Shown here piece after piece: positions 27,684 through 37,657 of a stretch of 64,000 nt of DNA; positions within the stretch are counted from its first letter, which is position 1, and each line of letters begins with the position of its first letter. The position numbers and the translations under genes were made by a program. The notes below the pieces were generated by a model. That model was not told the DNA's origin, searched no databases, and worked only from the letters and a program-made list of their open reading frames with translations. Source of the stretch: Candidatus Poribacteria bacterium (GTDB lineage: Bacteria > Poribacteria > WGA-4E > WGA-3G); the NCBI GenBank assembly GCA_965242965.1, contig OZ251518.1, positions 371,680 through 435,679 of the forward strand, read 5' to 3'.

Positions 27684-28694
27684 ATGAATCGTCAAATTAC
27701 CTTAGCCGCACGTCCTGTCGGCTATCCGAAAACATCTGATTTCAACTTGGTAGAAACCGCGATGCCTACCCCCGGCGAGGGACAGGTATTAGTGAAAAGC
27801 CTCTACCTCTCCGTCGATCCTTATATGCGTGGACGGATTAACCAAGCGAAGTCTTACGCCGCCAATGTCCAAATCGGCGAGGTTATGGTAGGTGGTGTTA
27901 TCGCCGAGGTCGCGGCATCGAAGCATGCCGATTTTGAGGTTGGCGATATTGTGAACGCGCACATCGGCTGGCAAGAATACGGTGTCGCGGGAGGCGATGA
28001 ACTCCGGAAGATCGACCCGGGCCTCGCGCCTATCTCCACCGGTGCCGGCATCCTCGGTATGCCGGGGTTGACAGCCTACTTCGGTTTGCTGGAAGTCGGC
28101 AAGTTGCAAGAAGGCGAGACGGTGTTCGTCTCTGGCGCGGCAGGCGCAGTCGGATCTGTCGTCGGACAGATTGCGAAGATTAAAGGCTGCCGCGTCATCG
28201 GCACCGCGGGGACAGATGAGAAGGTGGCATATATCCTTGACGAACTCGGTTTTGATGCCGCTTTCAACTACAAAAACGTCGGCGATTACACTGCGAAACT
28301 GGCGGAACTTTGTCCCGATGGCATTGATGTCTATTTTGACAACGTCGGTGGCCGCATTACAGATGCAGTCTTCCCGAATCTGCGTATCAAGGGCCGCGTG
28401 GTGATCTGCGGACAGATTTCGCAGTATAATTTGGAGAATCCGGAGGTGGGTCCGCGTTTCCTGTGGAATCTTATCACGAAGCGTGCGCGGATTGAAGGCT
28501 TCCTCGTCTTTGAATTCGCCGAGCAGCATGCCGAGGCACTCGTCCAGATGGGTGAATGGGTGCAGCAAGGCAAACTGAAATACCGCGAGACGATTGCGGA
28601 AGGCGGGATTGCGGCGGCACCGGCGGCGTTTATTAGCATGCTGAAGGGCGGCAATATCGGCAAACAGTTGGTGAAAATCGCCGAACCGAGTTAA
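27684..28694 (+). CDS. NADP-dependent oxidoreductase (zinc-independent MDR; YncB/CurA/prostaglandin-reductase-like)
   Basis: RBS AAGGAGAGA plus ATG at 27684. GAAGAVGSVVGQIAK Rossmann motif. Confidence 0.8.
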   Translation: MNRQITLAARPVGYPKTSDFNLVETAMPTPGEGQVLVKSLYLSVDPYMRGRINQAKSYAANVQIGEVMVGGVIAEVAASKHADFEVGDIVNAHIGWQEYGVAGGDELRKIDPGLAPISTGAGILGMPGLTAYFGLLEVGKLQEGETVFVSGAAGAVGSVVGQIAKIKGCRVIGTAGTDEKVAYILDELGFDAAFNYKNVGDYTAKLAELCPDGIDVYFDNVGGRITDAVFPNLRIKGRVVICGQISQYNLENPEVGPRFLWNLITKRARIEGFLVFEFAEQHAEALVQMGEWVQQGKLKYRETIAEGGIAAAPAAFISMLKGGNIGKQLVKIAEPS

Positions 28695-28704
28695 CATCGC
28701 GCGT

Positions 28705-29570
28705 TAATTCCGTAGGGCGAGGGCCTGTCCGAGTTAAATCGCGTCTTAGTCCGTAGGGCGAGGGCCTGTCCCTCGCCAGGCCGGGGGATATGAATACGTG
28801 CCTTAGTCCGTAGGGCGAGGGCCTGTCCCTCGCCATGCCGGAATATGAATGTTCCTCGCCGTGCGGGAGCGTTAAGCGGCGGTTTTCATGATGCGAGAGA
28901 TCGCGAGGGACAGGCCCTCGCGCTACGGGAACATCGAGCCGTTGGTGGAACGCGAGGGACAGGCCCTCGCGCTACGGGCCGGGAGGCGGTTATTTGAGGG
29001 TGTTTCATATTTCGATGCGTTCGGTAGGAGAGACCTCCCGGTCTCGATTTCTTCCGGTAGGAGAGACCTCCTGGTCTCAATGTTCCCTCTTTAGGTCCTT
29101 TAGGTCCTTAATGTCTATAGAAATACGTGTCATTACGTTGTCAAGGTCCTTTAGGTCCTTAATAGAGAAACAACGCAGCGTGTCAAAATTTATTAAGGAC
29201 CTAAAGGACCTTAAATCTTTTCGTATCGCGGCTGCTATAGACATGCAGGACCTAAAGGACCTGAAGAGGCGTTATTTTCATCGTAGCGCGAGGGCCTGTC
29301 CCTCGAGATCTGTCCCGGTAGGAGAGACCTCCTGGTCTCGATGTTCTTCTGTAGTTTGTGATCGCCTGATCACAAACAGGTCAGGATCAGGCGATCTTGA
29401 CTTACAGGGCCTGACGCGAGAGCGATCGCGAGGGACAGGCCCTCGCCCTACGGTAACATCGGGCTGTTTGCAGATCGCGAGGGACAGGCCCTCGCGCTAC
29501 GGTGAAAGCGCGCCGTTGGTGGAACGCGAGGGACAGGCCCTCGCGCTACGGGCCGGGAGGAGGTTGTTTC
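28705..29570. repeat. Large REP/MITE cluster including copy 2 of the ~190-bp composite MITE-like element (29090..29280)
   Basis: Direct reading. Confidence 0.85.
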
Positions 29571-29573
29571 GTA

Positions 29574-30518
29574 TCAATACCCCTTCTCCTTATCAATAAC
29601 GCTGAGCAGGGGTTTGCCGACTAGGAGGCGTTCTAGATTATCGCAGAAAAGCCCCACCGTCCGGTCCAGCCGAATTGGAGAGCCACCGGCGACATGCGGC
29701 GTGATAATCACGTTCGGCATATCCCACAGCGGGCTATCCATTGACAGCGGTTCTTCTGGCGTGACATCTAACCCCGCGCCGCCGATGCTCCCGTTATTAA
29801 GCGCGCGGAGAAGTGATGGACCGTCGACAATCTTGCCTCGCGTGACGTTAACGAGCAGTGCATGCGATTGCATCGCTTGGAACGCCGCGTCGTCAAACAT
29901 CCCGTGTGTTTCTGGTGTCAACGGCGCGCAAATGGCGACGACATCCGATTGCGCGAGCAGTTCATGGAACCGCTCCATCTGCCACACTTCATGGACGAAG
30001 GAAGGGGCATCGACTGTTTCCGGATCTACGGCGATGACGCGCATATCAAACCCTTGTGCGCGGCGTGCCACGTCAATCCCTGTGCCGCCGAGTCCGACGA
30101 TGCCGAGGGTGCGTTCGCTCAGTTCCCATGTTGCGAGTCTGATGGACATGCGGTTGTCCCATGTCCGTTCGCGCACGGAACGTCCGATGCCGCGGAGTAA
30201 GCCGAGGATGAGTGCCCACGCCTGGTCTGCCAGATGCGGTCCGACGAACCCTTTCGCGCTTGTTAAGATGACATGGCTCTGGACAAATTCGGGAAACAGG
30301 AGTCCGTCAACGCCTGCGGAAAGCACTTGCACCCACTTAAGTTGCTCGGCATTCTCAAACAGTGTGCGGTTGAAGCCGCCGAAGACTACCTCGGTATCGC
30401 CGATTTCGCGAAGTGCCGCTGCAGCATTCTCTGCCTCAATGACATGCAATTGTTCGGATACCGCCTCTATCTGCTGTCGGTGTTCCGAGGTTATCTCGGT
30501 GTTAATCAAAATCTTCAT
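29574..30518 (-). CDS. D-isomer-specific 2-hydroxyacid dehydrogenase
   Basis: GIVGLGGTG NAD-binding motif followed by acidic D, catalytic R/E/H region. Confidence 0.8.
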   Translation of the reverse strand: MKILINTEITSEHRQQIEAVSEQLHVIEAENAAAALREIGDTEVVFGGFNRTLFENAEQLKWVQVLSAGVDGLLFPEFVQSHVILTSAKGFVGPHLADQAWALILGLLRGIGRSVRERTWDNRMSIRLATWELSERTLGIVGLGGTGIDVARRAQGFDMRVIAVDPETVDAPSFVHEVWQMERFHELLAQSDVVAICAPLTPETHGMFDDAAFQAMQSHALLVNVTRGKIVDGPSLLRALNNGSIGGAGLDVTPEEPLSMDSPLWDMPNVIITPHVAGGSPIRLDRTVGLFCDNLERLLVGKPLLSVIDKEKGY

Positions 30519-30639
30519 TTGAATTTTCCTCTGTTTGGTGGTATACTATCTAAAATTCAATGGACAACACGTTTTATCGGATGGACCCGAATCGAAATGA
30601 GGGTGTTTCATAAATCGCCATGCGTTTTGGTGTCAGACC

Positions 30640-30720
30640 GCATTCCCCTGTAGTTCAGGATCGCCTGATCCTGATCCGTTCGAGATCGGGCGATCTCGAA
30701 CTACAGAGGTGGGCCCAATG
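30640..30720. repeat. Family 2 double-hairpin element (single copy)
   Basis: CTGTAGTTCAGGATCGCCTGATCCTGATCCGTTCGAGATCGGGCGATCTCGAACTACAG. Confidence 0.85.
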
Positions 30721-30802
30721 CCTTTTTCTATCGGTTTTCGCCCATCCCCCAAGGGGGAATAAATACCGAAAAGTCCATTGTAAAAAAAGGAGAACACTAT
30801 TT

Positions 30803-31327
30803 GTGATTTACTCACGTTCAACCCATAAATTTCATTCCGTTTGGCTAGTCCTCCTCTGCATGGGACTCGCCGTTTTCATGCTCAGCTGCGGTGACGAAGG
30901 CGATCTGGTTGAGGACGAACCGAGCGGTATGACAGATATCGTCCAACCTGTTGCAACACCACCGCCGCCGCCAACACCTGAGCCGCCTGTCCAACCAGTT
31001 GTTGAGGAGCCGGTCGTTGAGGAGCCGGTTGTTGTGGAACCGAAGGTTTCGTTTGAGGCGGACATATCACCGATTCTTGAGGCGCGCTGTGCAATTCCGG
31101 GGTGCCACGCCGCCGCAGGTGCTGCAGCAAGGCTAAACCTCAGTCAATACGACACCTTTAAAAATGGCGGCAATAACGGTCCCGCCTTTGTTGCCGGTGA
31201 TGGTGATGGCAGCCTCGTCGTCAAGCGCATTGATGGCGGCGGCATGCCTCCCATCCCACCGCCTCTCAATGACGAGGAGATTCAACTCTTCATTGATTGG
31301 ATTGATGAAGGTGCCGAGGACAATTAG
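30803..31327 (+). CDS. Lipoprotein with a Planctomycete-type cytochrome c (PSCyt1-like) domain and a Pro-rich linker
   Basis: GTG start after RBS AAGGAGA. Signal peptide with ...FMLSCG lipobox. ISPILEARCAIPGCH...GG.NGPAFVAG...MPPIPPPL..EEI.LFIDWIDEGA fits the PSCyt1 pattern (unusual C-x4-CH spacing). Confidence 0.55.
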   Translation: MIYSRSTHKFHSVWLVLLCMGLAVFMLSCGDEGDLVEDEPSGMTDIVQPVATPPPPPTPEPPVQPVVEEPVVEEPVVVEPKVSFEADISPILEARCAIPGCHAAAGAAARLNLSQYDTFKNGGNNGPAFVAGDGDGSLVVKRIDGGGMPPIPPPLNDEEIQLFIDWIDEGAEDN

Positions 31328-31372
31328 CCATATCCTAGCATTTTTCCGCTTTTGTGTCAAGGGCGGCAGAAA

Positions 31373-31398
31373 AAACGCCCCGCGGGGCGTTTTTTTAA
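31373..31398 (+). terminator. Rho-independent terminator AAAAAACGCCCCGC-GGGGCGTTTTTTT (bidirectional)
   Basis: Perfect GC stem flanked by A-run and T-run, 45 nt after the lipoprotein stop. Confidence 0.75.
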
Positions 31399-31444
31399 TC
31401 AGGGTGTTTCATAATTCCGTTTCGGTATTTATCCCACCGTGGAG

Positions 31445-31805
31445 GGCAGGCGAATATCGCAAGGCATCGGGCCCACCTCTGTAGTTCGAGATCGGGCGAT
31501 CTCGAACGGGTCAAGATCAGGCGATCTTGACCTACAGGGGTGAGGCAGTCTGACACCAACACGCATGGCGAGGGACAGGCCCTCGCCCTACGATGACGTG
31601 CCGTTTTTTCGCCGTAGCGCGGGGGCCTGTCCCCCGCGATCGTTGGATTGCGCATGCGCGGACGATGGCGAGGGAAACCCGCTCGGATGCGCGTGTGGCA
31701 TCCGAGGGCCCTCGCGCTACGATGAGGGGGGGCTTTCTGCCGCCGCTGCCCCGATAGGCGCGCCGCCCTACCGCATCGAGACCGGGAGGTCTCTCCTACC
31801 CGGAG
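31445..31805. repeat. REP cluster (families 2, 1, 3)
   Basis: Direct reading. Confidence 0.85.
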
Positions 31806-31836
31806 GGCATCGATTTATGAAACACCCTCAAAAAAA

Positions 31837-31884
31837 TTGCATTTTATGCAACCTTTCCCTCTTCAATTCGCGTCACTATATAAT
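31837..31884 (+). promoter_or_regulatory. Conserved promoter module: inverted repeat TTGCATTTTATGCAA, then GCAACC-N17-CGTCA and a strong TATATAAT box. An almost identical module recurs at 34895..34945.
   Basis: Two about 50-bp near-identical segments, each roughly 30 nt upstream of a start codon (31914 and 35019). Confidence 0.55.
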
Positions 31885-31913
31885 GAGGCAAACTTTTTTT
31901 GGAGGAACCAGCA

Positions 31914-34814
31914 ATGAAAAACGTAGATGCTGAACTCATTGAAGCCTTTTTAGATGGCGACGAAGGTGCTTTCACCAAGTTGGTGAGGAAGCATGAAAAG
32001 GCTGTCCATGCGCTTGCGTGGCGGAAGGTAGGCGATTTTCAGGCCGCTGAGGAGATTACGCAAGATGCGTTCGTTAAGGTGTATCACAAGTTGTCCACGC
32101 TCAAAAACCGGAACCAGTTCGCGGGCTGGCTATATGTGATTACAGACCGGCTCTGTATCGAGTGGCATCGCAAGAAACGCGTTCCGATGGGGTCCTTGGA
32201 GGCGATGGCACCCGGTGAGCTTGAGGAGCACTATTACTCCGGGCATCTGGCGGCGGAACGGGAAGCGGCGGTTGCCGAGCGTAAGCGCGAGGCAGTCAAG
32301 CAAATTCTCCGGAGACTCCCGGAGAGTGAACGCACGGTTGTCTCGTTGCACTATCTCGGCGAGAAGACTTGCGAGGAAATCGGCGAGTCCCTCGGCGTGT
32401 CAACGAACACCGTCAAGAGTCGGCTGCATCGCGCGCGGAAGCGATTGAAAGCCGAGGCAGAGTCGCTCCGCGAGATGTTGGGCGATGTCCCCCTTCCAGC
32501 GATGTTCACGGGTAATATCCTACGTGCTGTTGCGCGTGCAACACCGCCTGCGCCGAGCGGCGGTAACCCGTTAGTGCCGTGGGCGGTGTCGCTTTCAACG
32601 GCGGTATTGCTTTTCTTGCTGGCCGGTTTGGGTGCGCAGCACCTGCTCCGTTTCCAGCAACCGTATAGTTTTGTGGCAGACTCGGCAATGACGGTGGAGA
32701 TTGTGGATGCGCCGGTGAGTCTTCCGCAGCAGGCGAAGCCGGCGTTGCGGACGCGGTTCGGCAACACGGCTGAGTCGGGTAAGCACCGCGGTGCTGGTTC
32801 GCGGACGGATGCGTTACTTGTAACCGCTGCTGCGGATGATGCACAGGTCTTGGATGCCGCACAGCGGTGGCATCAAACTAATGGGCCTTCAGGCGGCGCG
32901 GTCACGTCCCTTTTTGTCACCTCTGAAAATGAACTCTATGCCGTTGGAGAGGGGAGCCTTTTCAAGTTGGCTGCCGATAGAGAGACTTGGACTTTCGTCA
33001 CCGGCGATTTGCCTGTTGACAATTTCGGTTCGCCGATGGCAGAGCGGGGTGACACGCTCTATATTGCCTGCGAATCAGAATTGTTTGCGTCAACCGATGG
33101 CGGTGAAACGTGGGATTCTGTCGCGCCATGTCCGCCGGGCAATCGCGCGCTTGCCTTGCTCATTACCGACGATGCGTTTTATCTCGCGCTTGAGGCAGAG
33201 GGGATGTTTCGTTCCACCGATGAAGGTAAAACGTGGCACCCGTTTAATGCGGGGTTAGCGCAGCCGTTGGCAGTGCGTCATCCGTCGACAGCCAACGCGA
33301 TTTTGTCAGCCGCTGTTCTTGGAAACACAGTGTTTGCCGGAACAAGCCAAGGGCTCTATCGCCTTCATTCCAATAGAGAAGTGTGGGAGAAAATGCCGGT
33401 TGCAGGCAACCGCAAGATCTCTTCCATCGCTGTTGTTGAAAACCGCGTCTATTTCTGCGCCGATAAACAGCATGACGAACGTTCGTCGATGCTCTTCGTT
33501 TCAATCGACTACGGGGATTCGTGGGCAGAAATTACGCCTGAACTCCGGCAGAGGATGACACCGCTCACCGTCGGAGGTGTCAAATTAGTAGGCGCAGGGA
33601 AAACGGTCTTGGGACTCGGTGCCGGTGTGATACGTTCTACCGATAATGGCAACACGTGGGCCTATCTCGGTTTCCACCGGGATGCGTTTACCCTCCCGAT
33701 GTTCCCCGCTGTGGCGTTGGACGAAAAGACGTTCTTCTTAACGGGGCCGATGGGAGTCAGGCGTTCAACCGACGGCGGCCACACATGGCATGAATTGATG
33801 AATGGCATTGTGCAGACCCGAGTTTTGGATTTGGCACGGGTTAATAACGTTCTCTACGCCGCAACCTACGGAGGTATCTTCCAATCTGCGGACAGCGGTG
33901 AACGGTGGACAGAAGTGACTATCGTTGGGTTACCGCCGCATTTTGAGGGCCGTTTAGGACATCCGAAAATTATAGTAGCGAACGGCACGCTTTACGTTAA
34001 AGCCTACCACTTGACCGAATGCTTTCTATTAGAGTTAGTTTCGGATGGGAATGTGTTGGTGCCGGTTGAAGGCATTCCACCGTTTGGAGAAGAGTATGGC
34101 GAGTGGTTAAGGAAAAATGCGGAGATTTTCTCCAAGACGAGCCTTGGTGAAGAAGCGGTGAACGAACTCGTGGGACAGAACCGGCGGGCATTTCAGAAAC
34201 ATGCGCGAGCCGGCGCATTCGCTGTCAGTGGGGAGACATTCTACTTTGGAGACGAACAGCGGCGGCTCTTCCGATGGAGGTTTGGCGGCAGTGAATGGCA
34301 CGACACAGGCCTGGAAAATGCCCGCAGTCTTTCTCCCGACACTGACGATGGTTTCCGGTTAGCCGCTTCCAATGACGTTGTCTATGTTGGAAAAGGTGAT
34401 GGACACCTCTTCCAATCGCGGGATAGCGGTGACACGTGGCAGGACATCACCGCGAACCTCCCCGCGTTCGGCAGTATTCAGGAGATAATGTTCGCGGGTT
34501 CAGCCGTATGCGTCGCCACAGATACGGGAGTCGTCACGTCAAGCGATGGCGAAAATTGGTATCCTATCACCGATGCATCGGAAGTCCCGATTGTGATGCG
34601 CGAGTTGGCGATAGACGGCTCTCGTGTTTACGGTGCAGCTGGTGAGGCTGTCTATCGGCTAAAACACGAGACCTTGACGTGGGTGCAGATTGCATCAGAG
34701 CTGCCGGAGGGAGTGACTTCTCTCGTTGCTGATGGGGATGTGTTGTATATAGGCACAGAGGGACGCGGCGTGCTTCGGTTGCAGGTTAACCGCGACGAGG
34801 AGATAGACAAGTAG
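31914..34814 (+). CDS. ECF sigma factor (sigma-70 regions 2 and 4) fused by one TM helix to a large extracytoplasmic BNR/Asp-box beta-propeller domain. A one-component sigma/anti-sigma-like regulator, 966 aa.
   Basis: Sigma region 2 (QDAFVKVY...WLYVITDRLCIEWHR) and region 4 HTH (LPESERTVVSLHYLGEKTCEEIGESLGVSTNTVKSRLHRARKRLK). TM PWAVSLSTAVLLFLLAGLG. Eight or more S-x-D-x-G-x-T-W repeats. Confidence 0.75.
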   Translation: MKNVDAELIEAFLDGDEGAFTKLVRKHEKAVHALAWRKVGDFQAAEEITQDAFVKVYHKLSTLKNRNQFAGWLYVITDRLCIEWHRKKRVPMGSLEAMAPGELEEHYYSGHLAAEREAAVAERKREAVKQILRRLPESERTVVSLHYLGEKTCEEIGESLGVSTNTVKSRLHRARKRLKAEAESLREMLGDVPLPAMFTGNILRAVARATPPAPSGGNPLVPWAVSLSTAVLLFLLAGLGAQHLLRFQQPYSFVADSAMTVEIVDAPVSLPQQAKPALRTRFGNTAESGKHRGAGSRTDALLVTAAADDAQVLDAAQRWHQTNGPSGGAVTSLFVTSENELYAVGEGSLFKLAADRETWTFVTGDLPVDNFGSPMAERGDTLYIACESELFASTDGGETWDSVAPCPPGNRALALLITDDAFYLALEAEGMFRSTDEGKTWHPFNAGLAQPLAVRHPSTANAILSAAVLGNTVFAGTSQGLYRLHSNREVWEKMPVAGNRKISSIAVVENRVYFCADKQHDERSSMLFVSIDYGDSWAEITPELRQRMTPLTVGGVKLVGAGKTVLGLGAGVIRSTDNGNTWAYLGFHRDAFTLPMFPAVALDEKTFFLTGPMGVRRSTDGGHTWHELMNGIVQTRVLDLARVNNVLYAATYGGIFQSADSGERWTEVTIVGLPPHFEGRLGHPKIIVANGTLYVKAYHLTECFLLELVSDGNVLVPVEGIPPFGEEYGEWLRKNAEIFSKTSLGEEAVNELVGQNRRAFQKHARAGAFAVSGETFYFGDEQRRLFRWRFGGSEWHDTGLENARSLSPDTDDGFRLAASNDVVYVGKGDGHLFQSRDSGDTWQDITANLPAFGSIQEIMFAGSAVCVATDTGVVTSSDGENWYPITDASEVPIVMRELAIDGSRVYGAAGEAVYRLKHETLTWVQIASELPEGVTSLVADGDVLYIGTEGRGVLRLQVNRDEEIDK

Positions 34815-34894
34815 TTCTCCGCGTATATTGGGAGGAGTTGTGCACTTGTTTATACTGCGATTTTGATCTAATCCGGTCGATTGTGACTGAATTT

Positions 34895-34945
34895 TTCAAA
34901 AAATCGCATTTTATGCAACCTCTACTCCCTGAATACGCGTCATTA
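34895..34945 (+). promoter_or_regulatory. Second copy of the conserved promoter module (TCGCATTTTATGCAACC-N17-CGTCATTATATAGTGA)
   Basis: Alignment with 31837..31884 gives the same spacing. Confidence 0.5.
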
Positions 34946-35018
34946 TATAGTGACAGCTGAGAAGTGCTCAGCATGTTCGGATATGGAAAAACCAAATGCG
35001 AAAATAAGGAATCCCCCA

Positions 35019-35807
35019 ATGAAACTATTTCAGATATTAACTGTGTGGACGCTCGTTTGCCTCTTGTTTAACTCGGGATGTCTGGACCGGCCCAATGACA
35101 TAGTTGATATAACAACTGAGGCAGCCGACTCGGCGGTTGAGACGGCGGAATCCGAAGATGCCGCAACTCCGCCAACGGCCGAGCAAACATTTGCCAAACT
35201 GCAAACCGCGTTTCCAACCGTTTTCGATGCCGAGTTCAAAACGCTCAGGAAAATCGTCAATTCAAAAACCTATCTCGATTTTCTACGGCGGGAGAACTCA
35301 ATTGATAAAACGGTTCAGGATTTTGATGAACTGTTAGAAGTCGTTCCTCCACCGACGGAGCGTTACTTGCCGTTTTTGGAGGAACATTTTAAGAACCCCG
35401 GTGACATAGACGTAGTCGGCATGCATCGCATGACGATATACACGCGCAACATGTTAGCGCGGCTGTGCGAAAACCCGCAGAACATATTTCTTATCATGAA
35501 CGATCTTGCGCAGGCCTCTGGGAACGATGAGCATATTGACAAATGGATGTCCTTCCGCTTTGGAAATCAGGCTCCTGATGTCATTGAGCTCTTCAGCGCG
35601 ACCGTGGCTGATTTCGTCAAGAAAGTTGAAAGCGAAGATCAGGCACGTATCCAGGAGCACTTTGAACAATATGGTAGGAATGCGGGGCTGTTATGGCTTG
35701 CACTCCGCGAACCTGTTTTAATCGGCCACATCTTGAACGATTTTCCGAATACGGACATTTTCCTGCGTTGGGTTGATGGAAAATGTAATCAACTTGATGT
35801 GCACTAA
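35019..35807 (+). CDS. Hypothetical secreted protein or lipoprotein (262 aa)
   Basis: Signal peptide MKLFQILTVWTLVCLLFNSGC. Same promoter module as the sigma-fusion gene. Confidence 0.55.
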   Translation: MKLFQILTVWTLVCLLFNSGCLDRPNDIVDITTEAADSAVETAESEDAATPPTAEQTFAKLQTAFPTVFDAEFKTLRKIVNSKTYLDFLRRENSIDKTVQDFDELLEVVPPPTERYLPFLEEHFKNPGDIDVVGMHRMTIYTRNMLARLCENPQNIFLIMNDLAQASGNDEHIDKWMSFRFGNQAPDVIELFSATVADFVKKVESEDQARIQEHFEQYGRNAGLLWLALREPVLIGHILNDFPNTDIFLRWVDGKCNQLDVH

Positions 35808-35859
35808 CCTGAGGGTGTTTCATAACTCCGTTTCGGTATTTATCCCTCTTGGGGAGCAG

Positions 35860-36370
35860 GCGACTCCCGCGCCTTCTTGGTAGGAGAGACCTCCCGGTCT
35901 CGATGCAATAGGGCGGCGCGCCTACCGGAGCCGCGGCGGCAGAAGGTCCCCCTTCATCGTAGGGCGAGGGCCTGTCCCTCGCCATCGCTCGCGCAACCCA
36001 ACGATCGCGGGGGACAGGCCCCCGCGCTACGGTATCCGGAACGGCTCCATTTACCGTAGGGCGAGGGCCTGTCCCTCGCCATGCTGCGATCGCGGAGAAA
36101 CCCGCTCGCCTGCGCATATGGAAATTTCCGAGGGCCCCCGCGCGACAGAGCCTGAAACGCTCGCGGGGGACAGGCCCCCGCGCTACGGTAGCCGGAACGG
36201 CTCCATTTACCGTAGGACGAGGGCCCTCGCATGCCACACGCGCATGCGAGAGGGTTTCCCTCGCCATGCGTTTGGCTGTCAAACCTCATCACCTCTGTAG
36301 GTCAGGATCGCCTGATCCTGACCCGTTCGGGTGCAGGCGCACCCGAACTACAGAGGTGGGCCCGATGTTT
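35860..36370. repeat. REP cluster (families 3, 1, 2)
   Basis: Direct reading. Confidence 0.85.
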
Positions 36371-36473
36371 TCCGAATCGTTCGAGGTCTCACGAAATCAT
36401 TTTGACAACAACGACTTATGAAACACCCTCGTTTAATTATAATTCGCACGGTAACTATCACCGCTCGTTTTTC

Positions 36474-36508
36474 GCCGCTATTGTGTTTTCACAATAGCGG
36501 CTTTTTTT
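36474..36508 (+). terminator. Hairpin GCCGCTATTGTG-TTTTC-ACAATAGCGGC followed by a T7 run
   Basis: Canonical intrinsic-terminator geometry. Confidence 0.6.
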
Positions 36509-36510
36509 GT

Positions 36511-36539
36511 TTGACAAAAAAGTGCATTTTTGCTAAATT
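36511..36539 (+). promoter_or_regulatory. Sigma70-like promoter TTGACA-N17-TAAATT upstream of 36648
   Basis: Consensus -35, 17-bp spacer. Confidence 0.45.
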
Positions 36540-36647
36540 GAAAAGAGGATGATTCCGCTGGATAATGACGCTAGCAGAATCCCTTTTCTGGCGCGGGTTA
36601 CCTCAACTCGCGCACGACTTAAACGACTAACCTAAAGGAGAAATACA

Positions 36648-37484
36648 ATGATGAAACGAACCTACCTGATGACGCTCATCGCGTTGTTTTCGATGATTTT
36701 TCTCAGCTACGCGAGCGCGCAAGTTATCTTTTTCGCTGACTTTGAAGCCGATTCTTCCGAGGCTATCCCGGATGCCAGCGTCAATGACCCGGGCAGTTAC
36801 GAACCGGAGAACCCCGGCATGGCATGGGAGGCAGCGTCTGATTTCCCCGAAGGCGGAGAGGGCGCGCTCCACCAGACCGTGGAAGGCTGCGGCAACTCCG
36901 GCAACACGCCGTTACCCGGCGTTGAGGATTTCACCGACGGTATCATTCAGGGTGTTTTCTCGTGGCAAGATGACGATGGCGTTGGATTCCAATTCCGCCG
37001 CGTCGGCGAAGACCAGGGCTATCTCGTCGCTTTCGGCTATAACGAGACACCGCAGATTGTCATCGGCAGCCTCGCCGATGGATGCTGCCCCTCCGGGCAA
37101 TGTCTCGACCAGTGCAGCTGCGAAAACGGCGGCAATGAGCTCCTCGGCGTAGACCACGGTTTAGGCCCAGAGCTCTCGCAAGACAATTCTGTCGCCTACT
37201 TTGGGCGGGTTGAAGTGACTGGCACGCTCATCCAGGTCTGGTATATGCCGCTTGCGGATGTGCCGGATCTGTTTGTCGATTCCGGTGAACTCGGCGATCC
37301 GGTCGCGGAGTTCGATGGGGCAGACCACGGCGGACCCGGCAGTGTCGGCATTTGGCACGAGAGTTGGGGCAACGGCCGCGTCGGCAGTTTGCTTGTCACC
37401 GGTCCGGATGGCTTCTCCACGACAGATGTCGATCCGCGCGCCAAACTCTCCACGACATGGGGCGATGTGAAAAACAGTTATTAA
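36648..37484 (+). CDS. Secreted Cys-rich protein, paralog 1 (concanavalin/LamG-like fold suspected). C-terminal tail AKLSTTWGDVKNSY.
   Basis: RBS AAAGGAGAAA. Signal peptide. ADGCCPSGQCLDQCSCENGG motif. 60% identical to 37658..38485. Confidence 0.65.
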   Translation: MMKRTYLMTLIALFSMIFLSYASAQVIFFADFEADSSEAIPDASVNDPGSYEPENPGMAWEAASDFPEGGEGALHQTVEGCGNSGNTPLPGVEDFTDGIIQGVFSWQDDDGVGFQFRRVGEDQGYLVAFGYNETPQIVIGSLADGCCPSGQCLDQCSCENGGNELLGVDHGLGPELSQDNSVAYFGRVEVTGTLIQVWYMPLADVPDLFVDSGELGDPVAEFDGADHGGPGSVGIWHESWGNGRVGSLLVTGPDGFSTTDVDPRAKLSTTWGDVKNSY

Positions 37485-37657
37485 GACGTGGACAGACGTA
37501 AATCTATCGTTTCCGGTAGGCGCGGTTTGAAATCGCGCCTACTGGTGACGTTCTGCGTCCGTCCTGAAAGTTCAGGCTGCGCGCTTTGCAAGTGCTTCTG
37601 AGCCTGAGCACGGCACGTTTTCGTGCCATCCTTCCTGACATACAAAGGAGCGATTTC

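Noticed and set aside
31133-31360. ORFs overlapping the 3' end of the PSCyt1 lipoprotein gene and other small ORFs of 60-120 aa nested in confirmed genes
   Set aside because: They are nested antisense or out-of-frame ORFs without independent support.
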